From: Bugula neritina
Lineage: Eukaryota; Animalia; Bryozoa
Reading direction: 5' to 3'
Length of the DNA stretch: 64,000 bases
Assembly: GCA_964035545.1 (NCBI GenBank)
Contig: OZ037773.1
Span: forward strand, 5,237,751 to 5,301,750
Shown here: positions 62,643 through 64,000 of the stretch, one piece after another
How the letters are laid out: each line of letters opens with the position of its first letter
Position numbering within the stretch: position 1 is the stretch's first letter
Notes under the pieces: generated by a model
Told to the model about the DNA's origin: nothing
What the model saw: the letters and a program-made list of their open reading frames with translations, nothing else
Database searches by the model: none
Translations under genes and position numbers: made by a program

Positions 62643-64000
62643 TAAGTATTATAGCTGCTTAATATGCTGTATAGCCAACTTTGAAAGGCGGAGCTTCTCG
62701 AACTAATGTGCTACTCTACCCTGATGGCTGTATTGAAACTTTAACCAAGATATTTTTTTCCTGATCCCTGGTCTATGCTTTTTTCATAACTGGTTATAGA
62801 CTAAAGATTCTGTAGTAAAGATGGATCTAATAAAACAGCGCTGGGATTAACTTTGTAGAGTAAACTATACTGTAAAGATCTTTATATAAATAGTTTGTAT
62901 AATGTTACTCATTAATTTGTATTTAATATTGCAATCTTTTGAGCAAATGCCTCAATATATTTAAAATATTTATTATATTTTACAAGTTTTTTGAAAATCA
63001 GTTCAGAATTTATTTACAAATTGTGGAATTTTACCATAAAAAATGTTTCTATAAATACATAACATTATGCCTTTAATTTTTAGTAGAAGCTGCAATGTAC
63101 AATAATACAATATTCATGTTAACCTTTATATGCTCAACATTTAACCTTAAATATCATTCCAAATATAATGTACTAATAATTTTAAAGCTTTTATACAGCC
63201 TTTAAACTTTTAAAAGCTTAACTATATAAGTATATTCACTTTTTCACTTTTAAATCAAAAATACTTTTGGGTAGAAAAACACAACCAAGATGGTATTATG
63301 CTGTTTAAGCTATAACAATGTAGCAAAGAAACACCCAATTTCAAAACTAAATTTATTTACATTAAACTGTAAGACAAAACAATAAGTTTTCAAACTGAAC
63401 CAGTTGCGTCTCAAACACCAACTCTTATAACTCTTAAGCATTTATGCTAAGAATTATGTGTCTCTTATCTTTGTTATTAACATCCAAGTCTTAACATTGC
63501 CTTGATAGATTTACAGCGGCTACCACAGCGTTCACCGGTGTTTTGCCGACAAGGCTGAGCATAACAAGCACGTATAATAATATACCAAGTTGTAAACTGC
63601 TGGTATGTTGACGACTGCTAAGTACTACGTGAAATATTTGGAGAATAATAAAGTATGGTATGAGCAGCTTGACAGGCATGAGCAAGTACCAGCAAGTAAT
63701 TTACTTTGTGCTTCTTGGTTTACAGCTCTGCATAACAAAGTATTATTGAATAATATTGCTAGAATGTCAGATAATTTAAACTAACAAGTATGTTAATTGA
63801 AAGCAAATGAGAAGAAATTTATTATTTCTACTGGTTCCCAGTTAAACGAAAAAGTGCAGTTAACTTTCATGTTTCTAAACAGCCATAATAGTAGAGCTAC
63901 ATAATGGTTGGCACAAGAAATATGCTGCCTAATTATCTACAAGGGATAAAAATAGTTTAGTATAGGTCAGGAACTTTACAATAACTTTACAGCTTGTTTT

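Overview
AT-rich, intron-rich eukaryotic DNA from an invertebrate animal (not prokaryotic; the antizyme pseudoknot type and an Expanded-type FERM protein fit a protostome, but the species cannot be fixed from sequence alone). Splicing exons by hand (GT-AG, phase-consistent) gives seven genes. They are: a small secreted six-cysteine CS-alpha-beta defensin-like peptide absent from the ORF track (+, 2209-2535); ornithine decarboxylase antizyme with its +1 frameshift (+, 7133-9480); SLC35E1 (-); a divergent carotenoid oxygenase (BCO/RPE65 family, -); B3GAT3/GlcAT-I (-), head-to-head with ARMT1 (+); and an Expanded/FRMD6-like Hippo-pathway FERM gene (-). Mobile DNA comprises Harbinger-type MITEs, two hAT MITEs (one holding a nested foldback element), tRNA-derived SINEs with target-site duplications and a decayed LINE. 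The main leads are the hidden defensin-like gene flanked by palindromes, a drifting ~6-bp-periodic tract just after the first splice donor of five genes (and predicting a sixth first exon), an antizyme pseudoknot that forms only after splicing, a carotenoid oxygenase lacking two of three second-shell glutamates, TEAD-site enrichment in expanded, and tandem repeats that multiply splice signals. All coordinates and counts were made by eye.
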